Made by a program: the position numbers and the translations under genes. A stretch of DNA of 64,000 nt, from the NCBI GenBank assembly GCA_030390025.1, contig CM059449.1, forward strand, positions 33,914,001-33,978,000, read 5' to 3'. The notes beneath the pieces are model-generated. The model saw nothing but the letters and a program-made list of their open reading frames with translations, made no database searches and was not told where the DNA came from. Shown here piece by piece: positions 26,141 through 38,948 of the stretch (position 1 is the first letter of the stretch; each line of letters opens with the position of its first letter). Source of the stretch: Squalus acanthias (Eukaryota).

Positions 26141-27059
26141 CTGAAAAGGATTAGCAAGGGTTGTATAATTATATGTGCGGATTGACAGTTTTATATACAA
26201 TCTGTGGAAACCTATGGCCCTGCTCATGGTAATTAGGATGATGTGCTACTTTCTATGGACAGTATCCCCACACCATATAGTGCACAATGAAGTATTTCAC
26301 TAAGGTGGAGCTAGGTCTCTTTAAAACCACAAAATTCACTTTTGTGAATAAACACAGGTTCTGGTCAACGAGAGGTGGTCAGGCTGTAAAGGTGACTGGG
26401 GGTTGGTGGGGGAAGAAGCAGTGGCTGTGAAGAGTGAAGCATGGTCTGTAGACTGATCGGGGCTGGGCCAGCGATAAGATTGTGCTGCTGGGAGGCTAAT
26501 GTAAAAGGTTTGTGGTCGTGGTGCCCAGCGAGGCAGGGGGTAAGCTAGCTGTCCCCTCCTCCCCAACCCCCCATGGATCTCTGACTGAGGGGAGCCAGGT
26601 AGGAAAGCGGCAGAGGCCTGTGTCTGCGGGCCTGGTGAAAGGAGCAATATGAGGGGTAAGGAATGGCAGTTGAATAGATTATGTCACTATGCCAGCTCCC
26701 AGGGGTGGGGATCGATCTTCTGACCGTCCCCACATGTCCGTGTGATGGAAGGCGGCTCAAGGTGCAAAGTTTACATTTAATTCACGGAGCAAAATGTTTA
26801 TCTGCTTTTTCTTATCTGCAGCAACATGGCTGCAGTCTCCAAAACCCAGAATGCCCCACAGTGACACTCAGTGGTCAGAGTCTGTAACTGCATACAGACT
26901 CAATTTTTTTAACGTTCATTCTCAATATACTGCAAGTTCAGCTTTGTGGTATCGTTTAACAATAGGCGGCACCTTATCATTTTCAATCTGTCACCTAATG
27001 TAATATTAGATTGGGGAAGCAGCTTTGGAATCTTGACCACACTCAGCATTTCCAAAATA

Positions 27060-27484
27060 GACAGATAGAAATCCGGATAGAGCGACAGAGAGACAAAAAG
27101 TAGGAGAGAGAGAGAGTGACAGTGAGAGAGACAGATAGAGAGACNNNNNNNNNNNNNNNNNNNNNNNNNNNNNNNNNNNNNNNNNNNNNNNNNNNNNNNN
27201 NNNNNNNNNNNNNNNNNNNNNNNNNNNNNNNNNNNNNNNNNNNNNNNNNNNNNNNNNNNNNNNNNNNNNNNNNNNNNNNNNNNNNNNNNNNNNNNNNNNN
27301 NNNNNNNNNNAGAGATNNNNNNNNNNNNNNNNNNNNNNNNNNNNNNNNNNNNNNNNNNNNNNNNNNNNNNNNNNNNNNNNNNNNNNNNNNNNNNNNNNNN
27401 NNNNNNNNNNNNNNNNNNNNNNNNNNNNNNNNNNNNNNNNNNNNNNNNNNNNNNNNNNNNNNNNNNNNNNNNNNNNNNNNNNNN
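27060..27484. repeat. (AG/ACAG)n microsatellite with N-masked runs
   Basis: N runs 27145-27310 and 27317-27484, preceded and interrupted by AGAG-type sequence. Confidence 0.6.
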
Positions 27485-28988
27485 ATGAAGCTGTGTATAT
27501 GCAGCTTATAAAACTGACCTTTAGTGATCCGATTGTCTAATTGAAGGGATTGTCATAAACAACTGCGACCTGCACAGGTTGGGCCACAACATCTGGAACT
27601 TGCCCTCAGCAGAGGATCGGCGCAGTAACCGATCAGAATTACATTTCCAGGTCATAAGGATCATCCTACCTGTTCCCCTGAGGGAGGCACCTTTCCATGG
27701 AGAGACCTGAATGAACAGCACCGTTATCTATTAAACAATTTGTGGTAGATGTTCACCGCGCCGCTCTGGTGTGAACCTGCCCCTGTGGATCACTGGTTGT
27801 CACACAAACTGCCCGCTTTTTATTCCCATTGGAGGCAACTCCGGTTTTACACCCGGGCGGCAGGTTGAAAATCTACGCCGCTGTGTCTAAACCAATAGCA
27901 GGAGGTTCCCCTGGAGACATTTGGTGACCCTGTTAATCAACAAAAGCAATTTATAGGCTGATTTCCAGGGGTCCCCCTTCCAGCTGTCCCAACCTTCATT
28001 CTTGCTGCAGATTCTTGCTTTCTGGGCAAAGCCCACCGCCCCTCACCTTCCCTGCCTGCAGCTCCCAGTGCACTTCGGCCCTTCCCCGCCTCAGAAGCCC
28101 AGCCTCAGACTCACCCTTACCGCCAGGCCGCATTATTTTATCCCCCCTCCCCCCACTGCACTACATTTTAATGACCTTTCCTCACAACACTTCCCCACTC
28201 CTCCTCTAATATCCCAAAGTGACCCGTCCTCTCATCCCCAAAAGAGCAAAGAGACAAGAGAAGCAAAAACACACCGAGGCTGAGAGGGTAATAGCTCAGC
28301 ACAGAGCAAAAGTTCAGCTCAGAAACCGAGCAGCTCCATCACCACAGTGAAAGGGAACAACAATGAGAAAGCAGAAACAAAGAGTGAAGCAACAGCAAGT
28401 CGGGCAAATAAAAAGTCTGATATCTGAGAGTGGGTGGTGAATGTAGATTAATCCATTCTCTAACCCAGATAGACTGTCAACAGCGATTGATTTGTTGTCT
28501 AACTCTGAGACCGTGCGGTGTGTGTGGGTACAGAGTGGAGATAGACAGTAAGAAGCAATGGGAAAGATATATAGAGAAAGCAAATGTGTGAGAAGCACAC
28601 ACTGAGGGGTAGGTGCATATTATGGAAGAGTCAGAAGATAACAGAAATGGACTAAAAGAGAGAGCAAGAATGATTAACAGTCACAGACAGCCTGAAGTAC
28701 AGAGATAATAAACGTGTTGTCTGATGTATAATGTAATAGAGAGAAAGAGCAAGACAGAGAAAAGTGACGGACAAGAAAAGAAAATTACTGGGAGTGGTAG
28801 ATTTCAATGTTCAGAACAGAATGAATGAAGTCATTTTAACTTTTGCCACTAGTGCAAAACAGGTGATATCGGATCAGCCGCCTGTTGAAGGAGAATGGGA
28901 AGAGGTGTGTAACGGACGCTGATCCAATATCGCCAGTTCTACACTATCGCCACACTTTAAAATTACTCCCAGTTGCTTCTGAACTTAC

Positions 28989-29264
28989 CTTGTCTGGTTA
29001 GTAATGCTTTTCCAATTGAATAGTATGTCCTCCATAAATCCGCACAGTCCTTTTCTAACAAGCTCTTGAAATAAAGGTTCATCTTTGTTTCCTTATCCCA
29101 TTTCACTTTGCGGGTCTGAGCTACTGGATCATGTACAGTCCAAACCAATTTGTCTTTATCGAAACTAAATGCGTATCTTCCATCATAAGCCAACTTCAAA
29201 ACCCCTACACTAGGATTGGCATCATTCAGCTCACAGCCAAACAGTCCTTGAACGTAGTGAGTAC
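28989..29264 (-). CDS. MHC class I-like gene: alpha2 exon
   Basis: 276 bp, phase 1-1, AG/GT; THYVQGLFGCEL..AYDG..KWD..LEKDC with both canonical Cys. Confidence 0.92.
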
Positions 29265-29609
29265 CTAGAACAGAAATTGAATCGATCAATAGATACATAA
29301 TTATCACACCTAGTCACACCAAATCTAAGAATTTCAGTTATTTTGTAGTCACTCTTTCCATTACTAAGGGTAGAAATTGAGTTTAGTGTCTAAAACAAGG
29401 TTCATCACACAGGGACATAGAATTTACAGCACAGAAAGAGAATAATTGGCACCAAAGTTAAACAACAGCTGTCTTCTGTAATATGCTTGCTATATTAGGT
29501 GCTTAGAACTGCATGAAAGACCCCAACAGTGACCTAACCAATATTTCCTGTAAGTCAACATCAAGTCCCTGATGTTATATTCAATGCCCCATTTAACAAA
29601 ATACAGACG

Positions 29610-29827
29610 AGGTGAAATTGGTCTTTTCCAGTCGTGGGAAATGGGCTCATAGCGAATCAGCAGCCAATTTTACACTCCAACCATTGTTCTTCTATTAACT
29701 TCAAAGATGTAAAATGGGCTGTCAATTCACCATGGCCCCAATGAAAGGGAAGATTGGGCGGTGTGTGTAATGGGTGGCCGACCCAATATCGCTCATTTTA
29801 CACTGTCACCAAAAGTTAAAATTACCC
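29610..29827. mobile_element. Short palindromic MITE(s)
   Basis: Ends AAAGTTAAAATTACCCC; same family as 19310. Confidence 0.55.
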
Positions 29828-30190
29828 CTCACATATGCAACACCACAGGAAATTGAGTAGAAAATTTAAAAAATCTTACATCTGTGGGCAGTTCCTGTCC
29901 ACAAAAGCATACTTCCTATTGTCATATTTCTATTACATTTATGTTAACATATCCCTTTATAAATTCCTATGTCCACCTTTATAAGGAAGCTGCCACCGTA
30001 AGCTGGTCATGATGTAATTACACCTTCCCACCGGTGGTGGCACTTTCGGACTTAGCTTTGCATTTCCCAGAGAAACTGCTGTACTCCAAAAAATTCTACT
30101 TCTCCGCTTCCCAAATTGAATAAATGTTGGTATTTAACTATAAATCTATCTATATTATATTAGAAATGTTATGTACTACCTGTCCACACA

Positions 30191-30756
30191 ACGTACTGCG
30201 TATAGTTTTGGTTCCTTATTTAAGGAGGGATATACTTGCATCGGAGGCAGTTCAAAGAAGGTTTACTAGGTTGATTCCTGGAATGGAAGTGTTGTCTTCT
30301 GAGGAAAGGTTGAGCAGGTTGGGCCTATACTCATTGGAGTTTAGAAGAATGTCAGTTGATCTTATTGTAAAATATAAGATTTTCAGGGGGTTGGACAGGG
30401 TTGATGCTGAGAGGATGTTTTCAATCGTCGGGGAATCCAGAAGGAGGGGGCACAGTCTCAGAATAAGGGGTCGCCCATTTACGACGGGGATGAAGAGGAA
30501 TTTCTTCTCTCAGAGGTTCGTGAATCTTTGGAATTCTTTACCCCAGAGAGCTGTGGAAGCTGAGTAATTGTTATATTCAAGGCTGAGATCGACAGATTTT
30601 TGAGCAACAGTGGAGTCAAGGGTTATGGGGAGCGGGCAATATAGTGTAATTGAGGCCAAAATCGGATCAGCCATGATCTCATTAAATGGCAGAGCAGGCT
30701 CGAGGGGCCAAATGGCCTGCTCCTGCTCTTATTTCTTATTTTCTTAGGTTCTTACT
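30191..30756 (+). mobile_element. CR1 3' fragment
   Basis: VQRRFTRLIPG..NFFSQRFVNLWN plus CR1 3' tail. Confidence 0.9.
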
Positions 30757-30809
30757 TCCTGTTGTCACATTTTTTATGAACTTCTTCCCATTATCAATTC
30801 CTCTGAATT

Positions 30810-31172
30810 CATGTTCAAAATCATGAAGGACTTGGATAGAGTGATTAAGGAGAAATTGTTTCCTGCGGCAGAGACGTCAGTAACCAGAGCACACAGATTT
30901 AAGGTAATTGGAAAAAGTACCAAAGCCGATACGAGAATGTTTTTAACGCGGTGATTTGTTATGGTCTGGAATGCGTTACCTGAGAAGATGCTGGAAGCAG
31001 ATTCAATAGTGAATTTCAGAAGGGAATTGGATAAATACTTGAAGGGGCAACGTTGCAGGGCTATGGGGAATTGGCAGGGGAGCGGGTCTAATTGGATAGC
31101 TTTCAAACATCCGGCACAGGCACGAATGGGCCGAATGGCCTCTTTCTGTGCTGTATTATTCTATGATTCTAT
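30810..31172 (+). mobile_element. CR1 3' fragment (second family)
   Basis: WNALPEK..FRRELDKYL; CTATGATT-type tail. Confidence 0.8.
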
Positions 31173-31511
31173 ATGTCCACATTTGAAGTGGGAGTTGCCG
31201 ATGTAAAGTCAGCCCGTTGCAATTGCACGCTCACTCCAGTGGTGGCGCTATAATGCCTCAGTGTTTTGTTGCCCAACTCTTCAACATATATTTCTGGAAA
31301 ACTCCCGTGTATAAACCAACTCTACTTATCACCGTCACAATTTTCTAGTAATGTTGTTACCTAACTATAAATAACTTACCAGAATATTAGCCAAAGCTGC
31401 CAGAATACATGCCAGAATGTATGACATTAAATTGGGGACTGATATATGATTGCAAAGCATAGGCTAACGTTCCCTATCATCCATCCTTGTTACAATGGAC
31501 TTGTCTCCATG

Positions 31512-32156
31512 GAGGTAATTTTGAATTTGTGTGAGAGTGTAAAATGGGCGATATTGGATCGTCCGCCCATTTTGCACCCCGCCTGATTTTCATATCCATT
31601 GTGGTCAACAGAAGAGAATATCAGGCAGGGAGTGTATTGGGTAGTCAGTTCGGATTCGCTCATTTTACACTATTGCCCAAATATAAAGTTAACTCCAAAT
31701 GAATAGAAAACTGCGGGCAGTGCATTATGCTTTTCTGATAAGCCACCTGCGCATTATAAGACGGCATTGTAACCTCAAACTTACACATCTACATTAAATA
31801 TCAAATATGTGCTTATCAATATCACTGAGCAAATGCAATGATATGAATAATAATCCTTCAATTCAATATTGCCAATATAATTGAATAAACACAATACTGC
31901 CAATATGATTCAATTAATTGGTTATTTGCAATGTTATTAAATAAATGTGTTATTAATATCATTCATTAAAAGTAATATTACCATGAATGGGTGGGTTAAT
32001 TTTAAATTGTGGTCATAGTGTAAAGCGGACAATATCGGGTCAGTGGCCTGTTATAAACCTCGCCCAATTGAAAGGGAATGCGAGCGATGTGTAGAACGGG
32101 CGGTCGGTCCAATATTGGCCGTTTTACTCTTTTGCTGAAGAGTTAAAAATTACCCC
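31512..32156. mobile_element. Two short palindromic MITEs (31512-31696, ~31990-32156)
   Basis: GGTAATTTT..AAAATTACCCC inverted termini. Confidence 0.6.
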
Positions 32157-32168
32157 AATAAACATAAT

Positions 32169-32847
32169 GGGGCAGAAATTAGGCTCGCCATGGGTGAGTA
32201 CGCACTGTGTACTCACCCGTGGACGGAACGAAAGTGCCGGTTTCTTGCATGCACTGCGCATACGCGGGAAACCGGCACTTCCGTACCCCTGAAGGAAGGG
32301 GTTCAGAGGTCGAACGCGCACGCCGGAGGGCCAGCGCGTTCGCCTCGCACATCGTTTTTTTTTACAGGATCCTCCGTGAGGGTAAGCACGGAGAAGATGC
32401 ACATTGAAAAAGGAGGCGCAAGGCCTTCTTTTAACAAGGTAAGTGTTGATTTTATTAAAATTTAAACATTTTTTTCACAGATTTATCTTTTTTAATTACT
32501 TTAAACAAAGGTAAGTTTAGTTTTAGCCCCGTGATGTTTTTTTTTTAATTTATCTGTAGTTTTAGGGATGTTTTGGGGCCGATCTGTATTCATAGATTTG
32601 ACAGGTCTGCTTGTCAAATCGATGAATGAAAGATGGTCTGCTGCCATTGGCTCTCCATGGCTCACGTGATCCCAGGGCACGCGTCGCACTGACTACGCCC
32701 CTGGGATAGGCAAGCACTGTGCGCCGGCAGTTGGAGGAGGCCCAGGAGCCGAATCCCCGCGGGCCCAGGGGTCAATGGCAGGCAGGTAGGTAGGTGCGCG
32801 TGCGATCGTTGCACCCGCGGGAAGCCAGGGAGACGAATTTCTGGCCC
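32169..32847. mobile_element. Harbinger-type MITE in MHC intron 2
   Basis: AAT|GGGGCAGAAATT ... AATTTCTGGCCC|AAG. Confidence 0.8.
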
Positions 32848-33029
32848 AAGATTAGTTACATGTAAAGTAGCAGCAAAACAATTAAATAAACATAATATCA
32901 CAAATATCATTAATTAAATGTAATAATACAAATATCATTCAATAAACACTGGTGTTGGTGAGGAGGGGCGGATTTTTAACTGTTATCAAAGGTGAAATAT
33001 GACCAATGCTGAATCTTCCGCACACTTTA

Positions 33030-33450
33030 CATCATGTCCGAGCCTGGAGGAGTCCGTGTTCCATGTATATATCGAATGTGAGAGGTTGCGGCTCCTCTTC
33101 CATTATTTGAAGGGGCTGCTCCTCGATTTTTGGCTGCATTTCAGTCCCACGCTCCTGATCTTTGGTCACCCGGTGCGGAGTGGAGCGGATAGATCGGGGG
33201 ATCTCCTCGTAGGACTGCTCCTTGCCAAAGAGGCCATCAACTGGTCCAGGCAGCAGGCGGTCGAGAGGTCGTTCGGCCTGACTGCCGGCCTCTCTGACGC
33301 GGCCAAGTTCACGCCCGGGTGGCGCTGAAGATGGAGCACGCGGTGATCTTCCGCGACCGGTGGGCACCAAAGGGACTTGAGTGCATCTTCACCCCCGTAA
33401 CCAAATTTTAATACAAGTTGTTCGGTTTCCTTTAATGTTTTTTTTAGTTA
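33030..33450 (+). mobile_element. Tx1/L1-clade LINE 3' fragment
   Basis: EESVFHVYIECERL..FWLHFSPTLLIFG, C-terminal CCHC region. Confidence 0.7.
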
Positions 33451-33981
33451 CAGTTTATTTGTTTATAGTGTGCACCAAAATAGTACACCATGTCCGATTT
33501 TCAGAAAATCGATTAAGGTGTAAAACAACAGCTGATTCACAGGCGCCCGGGTTTTATCTGGTGATGAATGTGAAATCAACTTAAGCACGGTTGCTGAACG
33601 GGTGGCAACGGAAAAGTCCCCTGTTATATAACCCGGCCCATTTTACTGTGAAGTGAAGGGAAAGGAAAAGCAGGCAGCATGTATAAAGGGCAGCCTCGCT
33701 GCTACTGCCTATTTTACACTCACCAACGCTGAATTTCACCCCCAGTATCACCAATATCATTCATTGGGGTTAATGTTACCTTCCAAAGAGGGAGTAAAAT
33801 GGGTGATATCCAATTAGTTGTCCATTATACAACTCGCCTTATGTTCATTTGTATTGAAGTCAATGGAAGGGAAAATCAGGCGGGTTCATATCAGGCGGTT
33901 CGATATCACTCATGTTACACTATCCCCCAAGTTTAAATGACCCCTGTCGTTCGCTTAATTCATTCAAACGAATACACTCAC

Positions 33982-34242
33982 TTGATGTTTGGTTGTTCTG
34001 CCGCAACCATCTATCAACCTGTCCCTTGATGAGTCCGTGGAAACCAGCTTGAGTTATTGTGTATTCGTCCCAGTAACTCTTCTCAAATGCTTCTGCCATC
34101 CATTGCTGTCTTGGAACAGTTATTTCCATATTTTTGTCGTAATAGTCTATCTCACAGCCATCCAATCGTCCCAGTATACTATACTCCGGCAGATCAGCAC
34201 TCCCATGCTTCAGGCTGTAGTAATATAGCAGTGAGTGAGACT
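33982..34242 (-). CDS. MHC class I-like gene: alpha1 exon
   Basis: 261 bp, phase 1-1, AG/GT; (E)SHSLLYYY..LPEY..LDG.EIDYYD..PRQQWM..YWD..NQTS glycosylation site. Confidence 0.93.
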
Positions 34243-35719
34243 CTAGGACATTATAAAAAAAATATAATTGGCATATCAAATATTAGAAATGTCTGTTTTC
34301 TAAACAATTTGGGAAAAATCAATTTATTCAGAAAAATGAGAGATCACTGGATATTTTGCCATCGCTCCCGTGTTAAACCATTGCAGAGAAGGCAAAATGA
34401 GCCTTAATATTAAATATTATCCAATTACAAGAATATTCCCATTTTCGAAATAAATGAAAAATGTGATGGTTGAAATAAATTACATCAGCTCATCTCATTT
34501 GTAAATCGTAACTTGAAGATTTTAGTCCCACGTCTGACCTGGGGATTCTTTGGTGAATTAGTGAGGAAGTGCACCCAGAATTATGGTACTAAGCCATGCA
34601 GAATCCATCCCTGGTGCGTGCGCAGTGATCTACTCCCAGCCCGCTGCTTGTAGCGACATTAAAATTGGCCTCAGATTTACTGAGCGAAAGAGGGGGAAAA
34701 GCAGCTTGAATATATGCAAATTGGGGTTAAAGACGTTATCAAGGCGCTCAACAACATTTTCCTCTCTGCCAACATTTTTTCCGCTAGTACCTGATCCTGC
34801 CTGCAAAATGGAACCAATCGGGAGGCAAATATTAAAGGCATCCTCAGTTGGTCTCAAATAAAATGCTGGGATATTTGGGAGACATTTTTCTTATATTATG
34901 TTGTGGGATTTCACTAATTAAACCATTTAAAATGCTTCTACTGGCTGCTGAATATTTTGAACTGTTAATGGGCTTCTGGTAATTCCACAGTGGAATGTAG
35001 TGAAGGGTCTGTTGTGATTGGAGGAGAGCCATGGGAAGTGGGGAGGAAAGGATTGGTAGTGCAGCGGTTAACTTCCGACGGTGCGAGGCCATGCAGACAG
35101 TAAGAGAGATGTGAAGCCGAGTCTGACCTTGGCGGTCCTGGTGAGGTCTTTAAGTTTCTTCCTGCAATGCAGCCAGATTCTTGGGAAAATTGAATATAAA
35201 TTTGTCTTGGGCGGCAGCGCGAAATGGGCGATAGCGAATCAGCAGCCAGGTTTGCCTACAACCTGACTTTCTATTCGATTGAACTCATTGGAAAAGAAAA
35301 TTGGTCGATAGACCAAAGCAGGCTTTCGATCGCCATCAGCCGCTTTCGGGTACCGTGCACTTTATACCCAATGTTGCTGCCATTGGCTTGCTCATCCACC
35401 TCTCGTCATTGCAGCTGACGAATTTGACGGGCCTATCGTTACCTATTAGAAGAATCGAGATCCTCCATACCGGAGCTAACTTGCTATACAAGCGCTTCTA
35501 CCGCTGCCCCAGAGAATCGGAGGACAGCTGACCAGGTCATGCAAACTGCTGCTCCAGTAAGTCGCTCTCCATTAACCACCCTTGAAAAGTGAACCGACCC
35601 TTTAAGGGACTGCAGGCTGCCTTTAAATCAAAAGGCCTTGGCGTTCATTTCATGTAAATGAAGCCGGATCACAAAAATTATACTGTCTCCACCACTTTAT
35701 CTATCGGGCGGGAGGAGCA

Positions 35720-35935
35720 TAGGTTAACCAAACCTTCAGGACTATCCGGGAGTCTCCAGGAATTAAAGATGAACCGCTTGGACACCGCCGCAAGAAACTC
35801 GGGAGAAACATAACAACAACAACAGACTAATCACAATTATAGCAATATTGGAGCTGGGGACAAAAGGCGGGTTGACTGGGCTGGAGCTCATGTGATGAAA
35901 GATCATGGAATGAGTCCAACCAACGTTGGCAACAC
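35720..35935. mobile_element. hAT-like MITE remnant
   Basis: TAGGTTAACCAAAC ... GTTGGCAACAC degenerate inverted ends. Confidence 0.45.
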
Positions 35936-36109
35936 GTCGGCCTGATTCACCGCACAAATCCCCATCTATGATTGAGGGACTTTACTTCAGTGCTGCAGTA
36001 ACTCTCTGGCACGTTTCTTAAGCGTCCAGCGCCACACGAGCCCCTAGCGGCACCTCACTATTTCAATCAACACAGGAGCTCCCCCAGGGCATTGGCAAGG
36101 TCCGAGGTA

Positions 36110-36475
36110 ATCAGTGTGACCCGGACTAAACACTGGGTCAGTCAGTGTGACTCGGACTAAACGAGAGGGCAGTCAGTGTAACCCGGACTAAACAAGCCGG
36201 CTTTCGGTGTAACCCGGACTAAACAAGAGGGCAGTCGGTGTAACCCGGTCTATACACTGGGGCAGTCATTATATCCCCGACTAAACATGCGGCAGTCGGT
36301 GTAACCGGGAATAAACACCGGGGCAGTCATTGCATCCCGGACTAAACACGAGGCAGTCAGTGTAACGCGGACTAAACACAGAACAGTCAGTGTAACCCGG
36401 ACGAAACATCGGGCAGTCGGTGTATCCCGGACTAAACATGGGGGCAGTTGGTGTATCCCGGACTAAATACTGGTC
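36110..36475. repeat. Minisatellite, ~12 x 30-31 bp
   Basis: Unit ~GGGCAGTCGGTGTAACCCGGACTAAACAC. Confidence 0.9.
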
Positions 36476-38775
36476 AAATACGTTGTTCACGACGGCGGTC
36501 ATGCCGTGCAATAATGAATATAGCCGCACAACTCCTGTCATTTGACTTACCAGGAACCACCCTTTGAAAAAACTAAATGCTCAGTAAATCAAAGAGGAAC
36601 ATGTTTCAGGGAGTCGCTCAATTAAAACCCTGCACAGCGAGACGGGAAGGTTTTGCAGATGTCCGAACCCCTCCCACATTATTGTGCTTATCTCGTTCAG
36701 TGAAACTCATTCTATCCAATGAGAAAGAAATCACCTCCCGTCACTGGGGAGGGAATCTCTGGCTCTATTCCCAGCATTAGGAACTGCGGGCAGAATTGGA
36801 TTAGAAAATAACACACTGGTCAATGGAAAAGACTTGAAACTGGAGGAAGACTGGGACACAAATTGAAAGCACCGGCGAGAATATTTCCCACTGAACCTGA
36901 TCGGTAGTGATTATAGAGCTGGCTGTTAAAAGCAGCAGCAATCTCCAATCCTGTGTTTGCACCTTCTCAGAAGAGGTGCAAACCTCACTGACAAATACTG
37001 CCTCGCCTTGTTAAGGTCAATGAAAGGCCAATCACAGGCTGGTAACTTCCAGTGTTTCTGCTGGGTGATAGAAAGTTTACAAGCTACTCAATCTGAAAAT
37101 TCAACCCTCCTCCCTTTCTATCTGCTGTGAACAGATTGAGGCTCTGCTAAAATAGTGAAAAGAGGAATTTCAGACCAAGCTAAAATACACTTGTTGATTG
37201 ACTCTTATCACTCGCTGGACCATGTACATGTTCTGCCGAAAATTACTGTTGGCAATATTAGTGAGACATGTTATTGTCCACTGTTGTAACACAGCGGACA
37301 TCCCACTGGTTTTAAACAAGTTAAAATAACAGGCAATGGAATGTTATACCAACATGTTCAGCATTTCAACTCCAATTTCACCAATATTAATTTAGGTACA
37401 GGAGGAGGCCATTCAGCCCCTCGAGCCATTCATTTAGATCATGGCTGATCTGTTTTTTAACACCATCCATTCATGGAATGATACAGCACAGACGGAGGCC
37501 ATTCGGCCCATAGTGCCTGTGTTTGGCTCTTTGGCAGCACGAGTCAATCAGTCCCATTCACCTGTTCTTTCCCCATAGCCATGTATTTTTGTTTTCCCTA
37601 TAAGTGTTTGTCCAATTCCATTTTCACAGTTCCTGTTAAATCGGCTTCCACCTAATGTCCTGAGGTGGTGAAAGGCGCTGTAGAAAGGCAAGTCTTTCTT
37701 TCTCTCTTTCTTCCGCAGCAGCTGTAACAGGTGCCGAAAGCTGCCTCTGATGTTCACCCCGAACAGCTCCAGGCTGTGAGCAGCAGGCGCCGATCAATTC
37801 CAACAGTCAGTGGGCTCGATCTTGACTTTGTGCGATAGTAAAACGGGTGATAGCCAGTCGGCAGTCCCTTTTACAGCTCTCCAGGTGTGTACTACCGTTG
37901 AACTCAATAGAAGGGGGGAAACGGGGAGAAAGATGGAAAACGGGCGTCAGACTCGCTATCGCCCTCTTTACACCATCGCACAGAGTCAACATGAGCCCGA
38001 ACGGAACCGCACATGGTGGGAATCCGCTACAAACAGCAAATGTTGCAAATATGCAGCAGGTGAGTGTGAAAGAGACAGAGAGGTTAACTCTGGGAGCTCA
38101 ATCTTCACCCGAACCTGCACGGATCGCCTCAAAGCTTCATTCTAAAGCGAGTCGGAAAGTGTAAAAGAGGTTCCCGGGTCGCTGGAACCCGTTTCCCCCT
38201 GTGATAAAAGTGAACCCCTCCCTCTGTATTTTTAATGAATTGTCCTGTTTATTGGGAGTTTTAAAAGGTTTTCCAAGTTCCCAGGAGGTACAACGAAGCT
38301 TTTAAAATGCAGCTTCCCGCCGGCTGGAGTTACACTGAAACAGGTGTGAACCCGAACCGACTGAGCCGCTTTCCTGCAGGAGTCTCGCCGCTCGTCTCTG
38401 GGTCACTCAGGGGTCAGGTCGGGACGGGGCTCGCAGTTATACTGACACTTCCGTACCCGCAAGCCGCTTAGAGGGAACACACTGTCCGTCTCCCTCCTGC
38501 TTATCAGAGCGAACATACAAGCTGTCACAGTAACTGAGCGGTAATGTCAGGCTGTCCGGACAGTAATGGACATCATCTAATCCAAGCAGAGGGAGAAGCG
38601 AGCCTGAGAAGCAGGATGGAGATTCCAATCCCGCTTCATCGCTTCACTTCCGCACACACTGTCCAGTTTCCCTGTGTGATACACCTGATGTGACCGACAG
38701 GCCTGTCGGTTACAGTCTAAGATCAGAGGGTGAGCCTGGAGACATTCGATGATGCAGCGGGAACCGGCTACTCAC

Positions 38776-38827
38776 CAGACAGGGCCGCTTGTAGGCGGGA
38801 GAAACTCAGTACAAGTGACAGAAACAT
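38776..38827 (-). CDS. MHC class I-like gene: leader (signal peptide) exon
   Basis: ATG..MFLSLVLSFSRLQAALS+G|GTGAGT; phase 1 joins alpha1 to give ALS/ESHSL. Confidence 0.82.
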
Positions 38828-38948
38828 GCCGTCCCGTCCCGTCCGTCCGTCCGGCGGCCGCCTCTCGCAGTGACAGACCAAGACTGAGCGCCTTGAATGA
38901 ATCCGAGCCGAGCTTCACTCACAAGTGGGCTGTGCGGGAGCTCACCGT

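Noticed and set aside
27116-27511. 131-aa ORF across N runs
   Set aside because: Artefact of masked bases
27521-27721. Candidate alpha3 exon
   Set aside because: Has splice-like sites but stops in all phases, and lacks the Ig-C1 Cys/Trp pattern
36110-36475. CRISPR-like array
   Set aside because: Contiguous tandem units with no unique spacers, no cas genes, and vertebrate DNA
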